NCBI GenBank assembly: GCA_964016885.1
Contig: OZ024743.1
Span: 138,260,001-138,324,000 of the forward strand
Direction: 5' to 3'
DNA: 64,000 nt
Source of the DNA: Eledone cirrhosa
Lineage: Eukaryota
The translations under genes and the position numbers were made by a program. The notes below the pieces were generated by a model. That model was not told the origin of the DNA, made no database searches, and worked only from the letters and a program-made list of their open reading frames with translations. Of this stretch, positions 45,830-58,539 are shown piece after piece. Position 1 is the stretch's first letter; the number at the start of each line of letters is the position of its first letter.

Positions 45830-48800
45830 GGTGCTTGGTTCTTGGTGTTTGGTGCTTGGTGTTTGGAGCTTGGTGCTTGGTGTTTGGTGCTTGGTGCTTG
45901 GTGTTTGTACTTGGTGCTTGGTGCTTGGTGTTTGGTGCTTGGTTCTTGGTGTTTGGTGCTTGGTGTTTGGAGCTTGGTGCTTGGTGTTTGGTGCTTGCTG
46001 CTTGGTGTTTGGTGTTTGGTGCTTGGTGCTTGGTGTTTGGTGTTTGGTGCTTGGTGTTTGGTGTTTGGTGCTTGGTGCTTGGTGTTTGTTGCTTGGTACT
46101 TGGTGCATGGTGTTTGGTGCTGGGTGCTTGGTGTTTTGTGCTTGGTTCTTGGTGTTTGGTGTTTGGTGCTTGGTACTTGGTGTCTGGAGCTTGGTGTTTG
46201 GTGTTTGGTGCTTGGTGTTTGGTGCTTGGTGCTTGGTGTTTGGTGTTTGGTGTTTGATGCTTGGTGTTTTATGCTTGGTGCTTGGTGTTTGGTGCATGGT
46301 GTTTGTATTTGGTGCTTGGTGCTTGGTGTTTTGTGCTTGGTTCTTGGTGTTTGGTGTTTGGTGCTTGGTACTTGGTGCTTGGTGTTAGGTGTTTGGTGCT
46401 TGGTGCTTGGTGTTTGGTGTTTGGTCCTTGGTGCTTGGTGCTTGGTGTTTAGTGCTTGGTGCTTGGTGTTTGTTGTTTGGTGCTTTCTGTTTGCTGCTTG
46501 GTGTTTGCTGCTTGGTGCTTGGTGCTTGGTGTTTGGTGTTTGGTGCTAGGTGCTTGGTGTTTGGTGTTTGGTGTTTGATGCTTGGTGTTTGGTGCTTGGT
46601 GTTTGGTGCTTGGTGCTTGGGGCTTGGTGTTTGGTGCTTGGTGCTTGGTGCTTGGTGTTTGGTGCTTGGTGCTTGGTGTTTGGTGTTTGGTGTTTGGTGC
46701 TTGGTGCTTGGTGTTTGGTGCTTGGTGCTTGGTGCTGGGTGGTTGGTATTTGGTGCTTGGTGCTTGGTGTTTGGTGCTTGGTGCTTGGTGCTTGGTGTTT
46801 GGTGCTTGGTGCTTGGTGCTTGTCTTTGGTGCTTGGTGTTTGGTGTTTGGTGCTTGGTGCTTTGTGTTTGGTGCTTGGTGATTAGTGTTTGGTGCTTGGT
46901 ACTTGGTGTTTGGTGCTTGGTGTTTGGTGTTTGGTGTTTGCTGTTTGGTGTCTGCTTTTTGGTGTTTGGTGTTTGCTGTATGGTGTTTGCTGTTTCGTGT
47001 TTGGTGTTTGGTGTTTGGTGTTTGGTGTTTGCTGTTTGGTGTTTGGTCTTTGGTGCTTGGTGTTTGGTTCTTGGTGCTTGGTGTTTGGTGTTTGGTGCTT
47101 GGTGCTTGGTGCTTGGTGTTTGGTGCTTGGTGCTTGGTGTTTGGTGTTTGGTGTTTGGTGCTTGGTGCTTGGTGTTTGGTGCTTGGTGCTGGGTGGTTGG
47201 TGTTTGGTGCTTGGTGCTTGGTGTTTCGTGCTAGGTGCATGGTGCTTGGTGTTTGGTGCTTGGTGCTTGGTGCTTGGTCTTTGGTGTTTGGTGTTTAGTG
47301 CTTGGTGCTTGGTGCTTGGTGCTTGGTGCTTGGTCCTTGGTGTTTGGTGCTTGGTGCTTGGTGTTTGGTGTTTGGTGCTTGGTGCTTGGTGCTTCGTGTT
47401 TGGTGTTTGGTGCTTGGTGTCTGGAGCTTGGTGTTTGGTGTTTGGTGTTTGGTGCTTGGTGTTTGGTGTTTGGTGCTTGGTGCTTGGTGTTTGGGGCTTG
47501 GTGCTTGGTGTTTGTACTTGGTGCTTGGTGCTTGGTGTTTGGTGCTTGGTTCTTGGTGTTTGGTGCTTGGTGTTTGGAGCTTGGTGCTTGGTGTTTGGTG
47601 CTTGGTGCTTGGTGTTTGTACTTGGTGCTTGGTGCTTGGTGTTTGGTGCTTGGTTCTTGGTGTTTGGTGCTTGGTGTTTGGAGCTTGGTGCTTGGTGTTT
47701 GGTGCTTGGTGCTTGGTGTTTGGTGTTTGGTGCTTGGTGCTTGGTGTTTGGTGTTTGGTGCTTGGTGTTTGGTGTTTGGTGCTTGGTGCTTGGTGTTTGT
47801 TGCTTGGTACTTGGTGCATGGTGTTTGGTGCTGGGTGCTTGGTGTTTTGTGCTTGGTTCTTGGTGTTTGGTGTTTGGTGCTTGGTACTTGGTGTCTGGAG
47901 CTTGGTGTTTGGTGTTTGGTGCTTGGTGTTTGGTGCTTGGTGCTTGGTGTTTGGTGTTTGGTGTTTGATGCTTGGTGTTTTATGCTTGGTGCTTGGTGTT
48001 TGGTGCTTGGTGTTTGTATTTGGTGCTTGGTGCTTGGTGTTTTGTGCTTGGTTCTTGGTGTTTGGTGTTTGGTGCTTGGTACTTGGTGCTTGGTGTTAGG
48101 TGTTTGGTGCTTGGTGCTTGGTGTTTGGTGTTTGGTCCTTGGTGCTTGGTGCTTGGTGTTTAGTGCTTGGTGCTTGGTGTTTGTTGTTTGGTGCTTTCTG
48201 TTTGCTGCTTGGTGTTTGCTGCTTGGTGCTTGGTGCTTGGTGTTTGGTGTTTGGTGCTAGGTGCTTGGTGTTTGGTGTTTGGTGTTTGATGCTTGGTGTT
48301 TGGTGCTTGGTGTTTGGTGCTTGGTGCCTGGGGCTTGGTGTTTGGTGCTTGGTGCTTGGTGCTTGGTGTTTGGTGCTTGGTGTTTGGTGTTTGGTGTTTG
48401 GTGCTTGGTGCTTGGTGTTTGGTGCTTGGTGCTTGGTGCTGGGTGGTTGGTATTTGGTGCTTGGTGCTTGGTGTTTGGTGCTTGGTGCTTGGTGCTTGGT
48501 GTTTGGTGCTTGGTGCTTGGTGCTTGGTCTTTGGTGCTTGGTGTTTGGTGTTTGGTGCTTGGTGCTTTGTGTTTGGTGCTTGGTGATTAGTGTTTGGTGC
48601 TTGGTACTTGGTGTTTGGTGCTTGGTGTTTGGTGTTTGCTGTTTGGTGTTTGGTGTTTGTTGTTTGCTGTTTGGTGTCTGCTTTTTGGTGTTTGGTGTTT
48701 GCTGTATGGTGTTTGCTGTTTCGTGTTTGGTGTTTGCTGTTTGGTGTTTGGTGTTTGCTGTTTGGTGTTTGGTCTTTGGTGCTTGGTGTTTGGTGCTTGG

Positions 48801-51800
48801 TGCTTGGTGTTTGGTGTTTGGTGCTTGGTGCTTGGTGCTTGGTGTTTGGTGCTTGGTGTCTGGTGCTTGGTGTCTGGTGCTTGGTGTTTGGTGTTTGGTG
48901 TTTGGTGCTTGGTGTTTGGTGTTTGGTGTTTGGTGTTTGGTGCTTGTTGCTTGGTGCTTGGTGCTTGGTGTTTGGTGCTTGGTGCTTGGTGTTTGGTGCT
49001 GGGTGCTTGGTGTTTGGTGCTTGGTGCTTGGTGCTTGGTGTTTGGTGTTTGGTGCTTGGTGCTTGGTGTTTGGTGTTTGGTGTTATATGCTTGGTGTTTG
49101 ATGCTTGGTGCTTGGTGCTTGGTGTTTGGTGTTTGGTGCTTGGTGTTTTATGCTTGGTGTTTGATGTTTGGTGCTTGGTGCTTGGTGTTTGGTGCTTGGT
49201 GCTTGGTGCTTGGAGTTTGGTGCTTGGTGCTTGGTTCTTGGTGTTTGGTGCTTGGTGCTTGGTGCTTGGTGCTTGGTGTTTGGTGCTTGGGGTTTGGTGC
49301 TTGGTGTTCGGTGCTTGCTGCCTGGTGCTTGGTGCTTGGTGCTTGGTGTTTGGTGCTTGGTGTTTGGTGCTTGGTATTAGGTGTTTGGTGCTTGGTGCTT
49401 GGTGTTTGGTGTTTGGTGCTTGGTGTTTGGTGCTTGGTGTTTGGTGCTTGGTACTTGGTGCTTGGTGCTTGGTGTTAGGTGTTTGGTGCTTGGTGCTTGG
49501 TGTTTGGTTATGGTGCTTGGTGCTTGGTGTTTGGTGTTTGGTGCTTGCTGCTGGCTGCTTCGTGTTTGGTGCTTGGTGATTGGTGCTTGGTGTTTGGTGC
49601 TTGGTGTTTGGTGTTTGGTACTAGGTGCTTGGTGCTTGGTGTTTGGTGCTTGGTGCTTGGTGTTTGGTGTTTGGTGCTTGGTGCTTGGTGTTTGGTGCTT
49701 GGTGCTGGGTTCTGGGTGGTTGGTGTTTGGTGCTTGGTGTATGGTGCTGGGTGCTTGGTGTTTGGTGCTTGGTGCTTGGTCTTTGGTGTTTGGTGTTTGG
49801 TGTTTGGGGCTTGGTGCTTGGTGCTTGGTGCTTAGTGTTTGGTGCTAGGTGCTTGGGGTTTGGTGTTTGGTGCTTGGTGCTTGGTGTTTGGTGCTTGGTG
49901 CTTGGTGTTTGGTGTTTGGTGCTTGGTGCTTGGTGTTTGGTGTTTCCTGTTTGCTGTTTGGTGTTTGGTGTTTGGTGTTTGCTGTTTGGTGTCTGCTTTT
50001 TGGTGTTTGGTGTTTGCTGTATGTTATTTGCTGTTTGGTGTTTGGTGTTTGGTGTTTGGTGCTTGGTGCTTGGTGTTTGGTGCTTGGTGCTTGGTGTTTG
50101 GTGCCTGGTGCTTGGGGCTTGGTGTTTGGTGTTTGGTGCTTGGTGCTTGGAGTTTGGTGTTTGGTGCTTGGTGCTTGGTGTTTTGTGTTTGGTGTTTGGT
50201 TTTTGGTGCTTGGTGCTTGGTGCTTGGTGCTTGGTCCTTGGTGTTTGGTGCTTGGTGCTTGGTGTTTGTACTTGGTGCTTGGTGCTTGGTGTTTGGTTCT
50301 TGGTTCTTGGTGTTTGGTACTTGGTGCTTGGTGCTTGGTGCTTGGTGTTTGGTGTTTGGTGCTTGGTGTTTGGTGCTTGGTGATTGGTGCTTGGTGTTAG
50401 GTGTTTGGTGCTTGGTGCTTGGTGTTTGGTGCTTGGTGATTGATGCTTGGTGTTTGGTACTTGGTGCTTGGTGTTTGGTTTTTGGTGCTAGGTGCTTGGT
50501 GCTTGGTGTTTGGTGCTTGGTGTTTGGTGTTTGGTGCTTGGAGCTTGGTGTTTGGTACGTGGTGCTTGGTGCTTGGTGTTTGGTGCTTGGTGCTTGGTGT
50601 TTGGTGTTTGGTGTTTGGTGCTTGGTGCTTGGTGTTTGGTGCTTGGTGCTGGGTGGTTGGTGTTTGGTGCTTGGTGCTTGGTGTTTTGTGCTAGGTGCAT
50701 GGTGCCTGGTGTTTGGTGCTTGGTTCTTGGTGTTTGGTGCTTGGTGTTTGGAGCTTAGTGCTTGGTGTTTGGTGCTTGGTGCTTGGTGTTTGTACTTGGT
50801 GCTTGGTGCTTGGTGTTTTGTGTTTGGTTCTTGGTGTTTGGTGCTTGGTGTTTGGAGCTTGGTGCTTGGTGTTTGGTGCTTGCTGCTTGGTGTTTGGTGT
50901 TTGGTGCTTGGTGCTTGGTGTTTGGTGTTTGGTGCTTGGTGTTTGGTGTTTGGTGCTTGGTGCTTGGTGTTTGTTGCTTGGTACTAGGTGCATGGTGATT
51001 GGTGCTGGGTGCTTGGTGTTTTGTGCTTGGTTCTTGGTGTTTGGTGTTTGGTGCTTGGTACTTGGTGTCTGGAGCTTGGTGTTTGGTGTTTGGTGCTTGG
51101 TGTTTGGTGCTTGGTGCTTGGTGTTTGGTGTTTGGTGTTTGATGCTTGGTGTTTTATGATTGGTGCTTGGTGTTTGGTGCTTGGTGTTTGTATTTGGTGC
51201 TTGGTGCTTGGTGTTTTGTGCTTGGTTCTTGGTGTTTGGTGTTTGGTGCTTGGTACTTGGTGCTTGGTGTTAGGTGTTTGGTGCTTGGTGCTTGGTGTTT
51301 GGTGTTTGGTCCTTGGTGCTTGGTGCTTGGTGTTTAGTGCTTGGTGCTTGGTGTTTGTTGTTTGGTGCTTTCTGTTTGCTGCTTGGTGTTTGCTGCTTGG
51401 TGCTTGGTGCTTGGTGTTTGGTGTTTGGTGCTAGGTGCTTGGTGTTTGGTGTTTGGTGTTTGATGCTTGGTGTTTGGTGCTTGGTGTTTGGTGCTTGGTG
51501 CTTGGGGCTTGGTGTTTGGTGCTTTGTGCTTGGTGCTTGGTGTTTGGTGCTTGGTGCTTGGTGTTTGGTGTTTGGTGTTTGGTGCTTGGTGCTTGGTGTT
51601 TGGTGCTTGGTGCTTGGTGCTGGGTGGTTGGTATTTGGTGCTTGGTGCTTGGTGTTTGGTGCTTGGGGCTTGGTGCTTGGTGTTTGGTGCTTGGTGCTTG
51701 GTGCTTGTCTTTGGTGCTTGGTGTTTGGTGTTTGGTGCTTGGTGCTTTGTGTTTGGTGCTTGGTGATTAGTGTTTGGTGCTTGGTACTTGGTGTTTGGTG

Positions 51801-54740
51801 CTTGGTGTTTGGTGTTTGCTGTTTGGTGTTTGCTGTTTGCTGTTTGCTGTTTGGTGTCTGCTTTTTGGTGCTTGGTGTTTGCTGTATGGTGTTTGCTGTT
51901 TCGTGTTTGGTGTTTGCTGTTTGGTGTTTGGTGTTTGCTGTTTGGTGTTTGGTCTTTGGTGCTTGGTGTTTGGTGCTTGGTGCTTGGTGTTTGGTGTTTG
52001 GTGCTTGGTGCTTGGTGCTTGGTGTTTGGTGCTTGGTGCTTGGTGTTTGGTGTTTGGTGTTTGGTGCTTGGTGCTTGGTGTTTGGTGCTTGGTGCTGGGT
52101 GGTTGGTGTTTGGTGCTTGGTGCTTGGTGTTTCGTGCTAGGTGCATGGTGCTTGGTGTTTGGTGCTTGGTGCTTGGTGCTTGGTCTTTGGTGTTTGGTGT
52201 TTAGTGCTTGGTGCTTGGTGCTTGGTGCTTGGTGCTTGGTCCTTGGTGTTTGGTGCTTGGTGCTTGGTGTTTGGTGTTTGGTGCTTGGTGCTTGGTGCTT
52301 CGTGTTTGGTGTTTGGTGCTTGGTGTCTGGAGCTTGGTGTTTGGTGTTTGGTGCTTGGTGTTTGGTGTTTGGTGCTTGGTGCTTGGTGTTTGGTGCTTGG
52401 TGCTTGGTGTTTGTACTTGGTGCTTGGTGCTTGGTGTTTGGTGCTTGGTTCTTGGTGTTTGGTGCTTGGTATTTGGAGCTTGGTGCTTGGTGTTTGGTGC
52501 TTGGTGCTTGGTGTTTGTACTTGGTGCTTGGTGCTTGGTGTTTGGTGCTTGGTTCTTGGTGTTTGGTGCTTGGTGTTTGGAGCTTGGTGCTTGGTGTTTG
52601 GTGCTTGGTGCTTGGTGTTTGGTGTTTGGTGCTTGGTGCTTGGTGTTTGGTGTTTTGTGCTTGGTGTTTGGTGTTTGGTGCTTGGTGCTTGGTGTTTGTT
52701 GCTTGGTACTTGGTGCATGGTGTTTGGTGCTGGGTGCTTGGTGTTTTGTGCTTGGTTCTTGGTGTTTGGTGTTTGGTGCTTGGTACTTGGTGTCTGGAGC
52801 TTGGTGTTTGGTGTTTGGTGCTTGGTGTTTGGTGCTTGGTGCTTGGTGTTTGGTGTTTGGTGTTTGATGCTTGGTGTTTTATGCTTGGTGCTTGGTGTTT
52901 GGTGCTTGGTGTTTGTATTTGGTGCTTGGTGCTTGGTGTTTTGTGCTTGGTTCTTGGTGTTTGGTGTTTGGTGCTTGGTACTTGGTGCTTGGTGTTAGGT
53001 GTTTGGTGCTTGGTGCTTGGTGTTTGGTGTTTGGTCCTTGGTGCTTGGTCCTTGGTGTTTAGTGCTTGGTGCTTGGTGTTTGTTGTTTGGTGCTTTCTGT
53101 TTGCTGCTTGGTGTTTGCTGCTTGGTGCTTGGTGCTTGGTGTTTGGTGTTTGGTGCTAGGTGCTTGGTGTTTGGTGTTTGGTGTTTGATGCTTGGTGTTT
53201 GGTGCTTGGTGTTTGGTGCTTGGTGCCTGGGGCTTGGTGTTTGGTGCTTGGTGCTTGGTGCTTGGTGTTTGGTGCTTGGTGCTTGGTGTTTGGTGTTTGG
53301 TGTTTGGTGCTTGGTGCTTGGTGTTTGGTGCTTGGTGCTTGGTGCTGGGTGGTTGGTATTTGGTGCTTGGTGCTTGGTGTTTGGAGCTTGGTGCTTGGTG
53401 CTTGGTGTTTGGTGCTTGGTGCTTGGTGCTTGGTCTTTGGTGCTTGGTGTTTGGTGTTTGGTGCTTGGTGCTTTGTGTTTGGTGCTTGGTGATTAGTGTT
53501 TGGTGCTTGGTACTTGGTGTTTGGTGCTTGGTGTTTGGTGTTTGCTGTTTGGTGTTTGGTGTTTGGTGTTTGCTGTTTGGTGTCTGCTTTTTGGTGTTTG
53601 GTGTTTGCTGTATGGTGTTTGCTGTTTCGTGTTTGGTGTTTGCTGTTTGGTGTTTGGTGTTTGCTGTTTGGTGTTTGGTCTTTGGTGCTTGGTGTTTGGT
53701 GCTTGGTGCTTGGTGTTTGGTGTTTGGTGCTTGGTGCTTGGTGCTTGGTGTTTGGTGCTTGGTGTCTGGTGTTTGGTGCTGGGTGCTTGGTGTTTGGTGC
53801 TTGGTGCTTGGTGCTTGGTGTTTGGTGTTTGGTGCTTGGTGCTTGGTGTTTGGTGTTTGGTGTTATATGCTTGGTGTTTGATGCTTGGTGCTTGGTGCTT
53901 GGTGTTTGGTGTTTGGTGATTGGTGTTTTATGCTTGGTGTTTGATGTTTGGTGCTTGGTGCTTGGTGTTTGGTGCTTGGTGCTTGGTGTTTGTACTTGGT
54001 GCTTGGTGCTTGGTTCTTGGTGTTTGGTGCTTGGTGCTTGGTGCTTGGTGCTTGGTGTTTGGTGCTTGGGGTTTGGTGCTTGGTGTTCGGTGCTTGCTGC
54101 CTGGTGCTTGGTGCTTGGTGCTTGGTGTTTGGTGCTTGGTGTTTGGTGCTTGGTATTAGGTGTTTGGTGCTTGGTGCTTGGTGTTTGGTGTTTGGTGCTT
54201 GGTGTTTGGTGCTTGGTGTTTGGTGTTTGGTGCTTGGTGTTTGGTGCTTGGTACTTGGTGCTTGGTGCTTGGTGTTAGGTGTTTGGTGCTTGGTGCTTGG
54301 TGTTTGGTTTTTGGTGCTTGGTGCTTGGTGTTTGGTGTTTGGTGCTTGCTGCTGGCTGCTTGGTGTTTGGTGCTTGGTGATTGGTGCTTGGTGTTTGGTG
54401 CTTGGTGTTTGGTGTTTGGTACTAGGTGCTTGGTGCTTGGTGTTTGGTGCTTGGTGCTTGGTGTTTGGTGTTTGGTGCTTGGTGCTTGGTGTTTGGTGCT
54501 TGGTGCTGGGTTCTGGGTGGTTGGTGTTTGGTGCTTGGTGTTTGGTGCTGGGTGCTTGGTGTTTGGTGCTTGGTGCTTGGTCTTTGGTGTTTGGTGTTTG
54601 GTGTTTGGGGCTTGGTGCTTGGTGCTTAGTGTTTGGTGCTAGGTGCTTGGGGTTTGGTGTTTGGTGCTTGGTGCTTGGTGTTTGGTGCTTGGTGCTTGGT
54701 GTTTGGTGTTTGGTGCTTGGTGCTTGGTGTTTGGTGTTTG
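45830..54740 (+). repeat. Two copies of a ~4.8-4.9 kb right-domain higher-order repeat (approx. 45830-49940 and 50715-54740)
   Basis: Offsets 4885 (46261/51146; 46885/51770), 4899-4906 (47972/52871; 48590/53496) and ~4780 (49381/54160). The private variant GGTGTTCGGTGCTTGCTGCC is at ~49303 and ~54082. Confidence 0.85.
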
Positions 54741-55203
54741 GTGTTTGGTGCTTGTTGCTTGGTGTTTGGTGCTTGGTGCTTGGTGTTTGGTGTTTGGTGC
54801 TTGGTGCTTGGTGTTTGGTGTTTGGTGTTTGGTGCTTGGTGCTTGGTGTTTGGTGCTTGGTGCTGGGTGGTTGGTGTTTGGTGCTTGGTGCTTGGTGTTT
54901 CGTGCTAGGTGCATGGTGCTTGGTGTTTGGTGCTTGGTGCTTGGTGCTTCGTGTTTGGTGTTTGGTGCTTGGTGTCTGGAGCTTGGTGTTTGGTGTTTGG
55001 TGCTTGGTGTTTGGTGTTTGGTGCTTGGTGCTTGGTGTTTGGTGCTTGGTGCTTGGTGTTTGTACTTGGTGCTTGGTGCTTGGTGTTTGGTGCTTGGTTC
55101 TTGGTGTTTGGTGCTTGGTGTTTGGAGCTTGGTGCTTGGTGTTTGGTGCTTGGTGCTTGGTGTTTGTACTTGGTGCTTGGTGCTTGGTGTTTGGTGCTTG
55201 GTT

Positions 55204-58022
55204 CTTGGTGTTTGGTGCTTGGTGTTTGGAGCTTGGTGCTTGGTGTTTGGTGCTTGGCGCTTGGTGGTTGGTGTTTGGTGCTTGGTGCTTGGTGTTTGGT
55301 GTTTGGTGCTTGGTGTTTGGTGCTTGGTGCTTGGTGCTTGGTGTTTGTTGCTTGGTACTTGGTGCATGGTGTTTGGTGCTGGGTGCTTGGTGTTTTGTGC
55401 TTGGTTCTTGGTGTTTGGTGTTTGGTGCTTGGTACTTGGTGTCTGGAGCTTGGTGTTTGGTGTTTGGTGCTTGGAGGTTGGTGCTTGGTGCTTGGTGTTT
55501 GGTGTTTGGTGTTTGATGCTTGGTGTTTTATGCTTGGTGCTTGGTGTTTGGTGTTTGGTGCTTGGTACTTGGTGCTTGGTGTTAGGTGTTTGGTGCTTGG
55601 TGCTTGGTGTTTGGTGTTTGGTCCTTGGTGCTTGGTCCTTGGTGTTTAGTGCTTGGTGCTTGGTGTTTGTTGTTTGGTGCTTTCTGTTTGCTGCTTGGTG
55701 TTTGCTGCTTGGTGCTTGGTGCTTGGTGTTTGGTGTTTGGTGCTAGGTGCTTGGTGTTTGGTGTTTGGTGTTTGATGCTTGGTGTTTGGTGCTTGGTGTT
55801 TGGTGCTTGGTGCTTGGGGCTTGGTGTTTGGTGCTTGGTGCTTGGTGCTTGGTGTTTGGTGCATGGTGCTTGGTGTTTGGTGTTTGGTGTTTGGTGCTTG
55901 GTGCTTGGTGTTTGGTGCTTGGTGCTTGGGGCTTGGTGTTTGGTGCTTGGTGCTGGGTGGTTGGTATTTGGTGCTTGGTGCTTGGTGTTTGGTGCTTGGG
56001 GCTTGGTGCTTGCTGTTTGGTGCTTGGTGCTTGGTGCTTGTCTTTGGTGCTTGGTGTTTGGTGTTTGGTGCTTGGTGCTTTGTGTTTGGTGCTTGGTGAT
56101 TAGTGTTTGGTGCTTGGTACTTGGTGTTTGGTGCTTGGTGTTTGGTGTTTGCTGTTTGGTGTTTGCTGTTTCGTGTTTGGTGTTTGCTGTTTGGTGTTTG
56201 GTGTTTGCTGTTTGGTGTTTGGTCTTTGGTGCTTGGTGTTTGGTGCTTGGTGCTTGGTGTTTGGTGTTTGGTGCTTGGTGCTTGGTGCTTGGTGTTTGGT
56301 GCTTGGTGCTTGGTGTTTGGTGTTTGGTGTTTGGTGCTTGGTGCTTGGTGTTTGGTGTTTGCTGTATGGTGTTTGCTGTTTCGTGTTTGGTGTTTGCTGT
56401 TTGGTGTTTGGTGTTTGCTGTTTGGTGTTTGGTCTTTGGTGCTTGGTATTTGGTGCTTGGTGCTTGGTGCTTGGTGTTTGGTGCTTGGTGCTTGGTGTTT
56501 GGTGTTTGGTGTTTGGTGCTTGGTGCTTGGTGTTTGGTGCTTGGTGCTGGGTGGTTGGTGTTTGGTGCTTGGTGCTTGGTGTTTCGTGCTAGGTGCATGG
56601 TGCTTGGTGTTTGGTGCTTGGTGTTTGGAGCTTGGTGCTTGGTGTTTGGTGCTTGGCGCTTGGTGGTTGGTGTTTGGTGCTTGGTGCTTGGTGTTTGGTG
56701 TTTGGTGCTTGGTGTTTGGTGCTTGGTGCTTGGTGCTTGGTGTTTGTTGCTTGGTACTTGGTGCATGGTGTTTGGTGCTGGGTGCTTGGTGTTTTGTGCT
56801 TGGTTCTTGGTGTTTGGTGTTTGGTGCTTGGTACTTGGTGTCTGGAGCTTGGTGTTTGGTGTTTGGTGCTTGGAGGTTGGTGCTTGGTGCTTGGTGTTTG
56901 GTGTTTGGTGTTTGATGCTTGGTGTTTTATGCTTGGTGCTTGGTGTTTGGTGTTTGGTGCTTGGTACTTGGTGCTTGGTGTTAGGTGTTTGGTGCTTGGT
57001 GCTTGGTGTTTGGTGTTTGGTCCTTGGTGCTTGGTCCTTGGTGTTTAGTGCTTGGTGCTTGGTGTTTGTTGTTTGGTGCTTTCTGTTTGCTGCTTGGTGT
57101 TTGCTGCTTGGTGCTTGGTGCTTGGTGTTTGGTGTTTGGTGCTAGGTGCTTGGTGTTTGGTGTTTGGTGTTTGATGCTTGGTGTTTGGTGCTTGGTGTTT
57201 GGTGCTTGGTGCTTGGGGCTTGGTGTTTGGTGCTTGGTGCTTGGTGCTTGGTGTTTGGTGCATGGTGCTTGGTGTTTGGTGTTTGGTGTTTGGTGCTTGG
57301 TGCTTGGTGTTTGGTGCTTGGTGCTTGGGGCTTGGTGTTTGGTGCTTGGTGCTGGGTGGTTGGTATTTGGTGCTTGGTGCTTGGTGTTTGGTGCTTGGGG
57401 CTTGGTGCTTGCTGTTTGGTGCTTGGTGCTTGGTGCTTGTCTTTGGTGCTTGGTGTTTGGTGTTTGGTGCTTGGTGCTTTGTGTTTGGTGCTTGGTGATT
57501 AGTGTTTGGTGCTTGGTACTTGGTGTTTGGTGCTTGGTGTTTGGTGTTTGCTGTTTGGTGTTTGCTGTTTCGTGTTTGGTGTTTGCTGTTTGGTGTTTGG
57601 TGTTTGCTGTTTGGTGTTTGGTCTTTGGTGCTTGGTGTTTGGTGCTTGGTGCTTGGTGTTTGGTGTTTGGTGCTTGGTGCTTGGTGCTTGGTGTTTGGTG
57701 CTTGGTGCTTGGTGTTTGGTGTTTGGTGTTTGGTGCTTGGTGCTTGGTGTTTGGTGTTTGCTGTATGGTGTTTGCTGTTTCGTGTTTGGTGTTTGCTGTT
57801 TGGTGTTTGGTGTTTGCTGTTTGGTGTTTGGTCTTTGGTGCTTGGTATTTGGTGCTTGGTGCTTGGTGCTTGGTGTTTGGTGCTTGGTGCTTGGTGTTTG
57901 GTGTTTGGTGTTTGGTGCTTGGTGCTTGGTGTTTGGTGCTTGGTGCTGGGTGGTTGGTGTTTGGTGCTTGGTGCTTGGTGTTTCGTGCTAGGTGCATGGT
58001 GCTTGGTGTTTGGTGCTTGGTG
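55204..58022 (+). repeat. Recent perfect-looking tandem duplication, unit 1399 bp (55204-56602 and 56603-58001)
   Basis: Private variants TTGGCGCTTGGTGG (C at 55258/56657) and TTGGAGG (A at 55475/56874). ORF-track entries 55747/57146, 55779/57178 and 56107/57506 are identical at offset 1399. Confidence 0.93.
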
Positions 58023-58539
58023 CTTGGTGCTTGGTCTTTGGTGTTTGGTGTTTAGTGCTTGGTGCTTGGTGCTTGGTGCTTGGTGCTTGGTCCTTGGTGT
58101 TTGGTGCTTGGTGCTTGGTGTTTGGTGTTTGGTGCTTGGTGCTTGGTGCTTCGTGTTTGGTGTTTGGTGCTTGGTGTCTGGAGCTTGGTGTTTGGTGTTT
58201 GGTGCTTGGTGTTTGGTGTTTGGTGCTTGGTGCTTGGTGTTTGGTGCTTGGTGCTTGGTGTTTGTACTTGGTGCTTGGTGCTTGGTGTTTGGTGCTTGGT
58301 TCTTGGTGTTTGGTGCTTGGTGTTTGGAGCTTGGTGCTTGGTGTTTGGTGCTTGGTGCTTGGTGTTTGTACTTGGTGCTTGGTGCTTGGTGTTTGGTGCT
58401 TGGTTCTTGGTGTTTGGTGCTTGGTGTTTGGAGCTTGGTGCTTGGTGTTTGGTGCTTGGTGCTTGGTGTTTGTTGCTTGGTACTTGGTGCATGGTGTTTG
58501 GTGCTGGGTGCTTGGTGTTTTGTGCTTGGTTCTTGGTGT

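Noticed and set aside
18120-49515. Singleton 1-bp indels at ~18126, ~21096, ~23294, ~36016, ~41931 and ~49510
   Set aside because: Each is seen once, mostly in or next to T homopolymers, and is absent from paralogous copies. They cannot be distinguished from long-read consensus errors.
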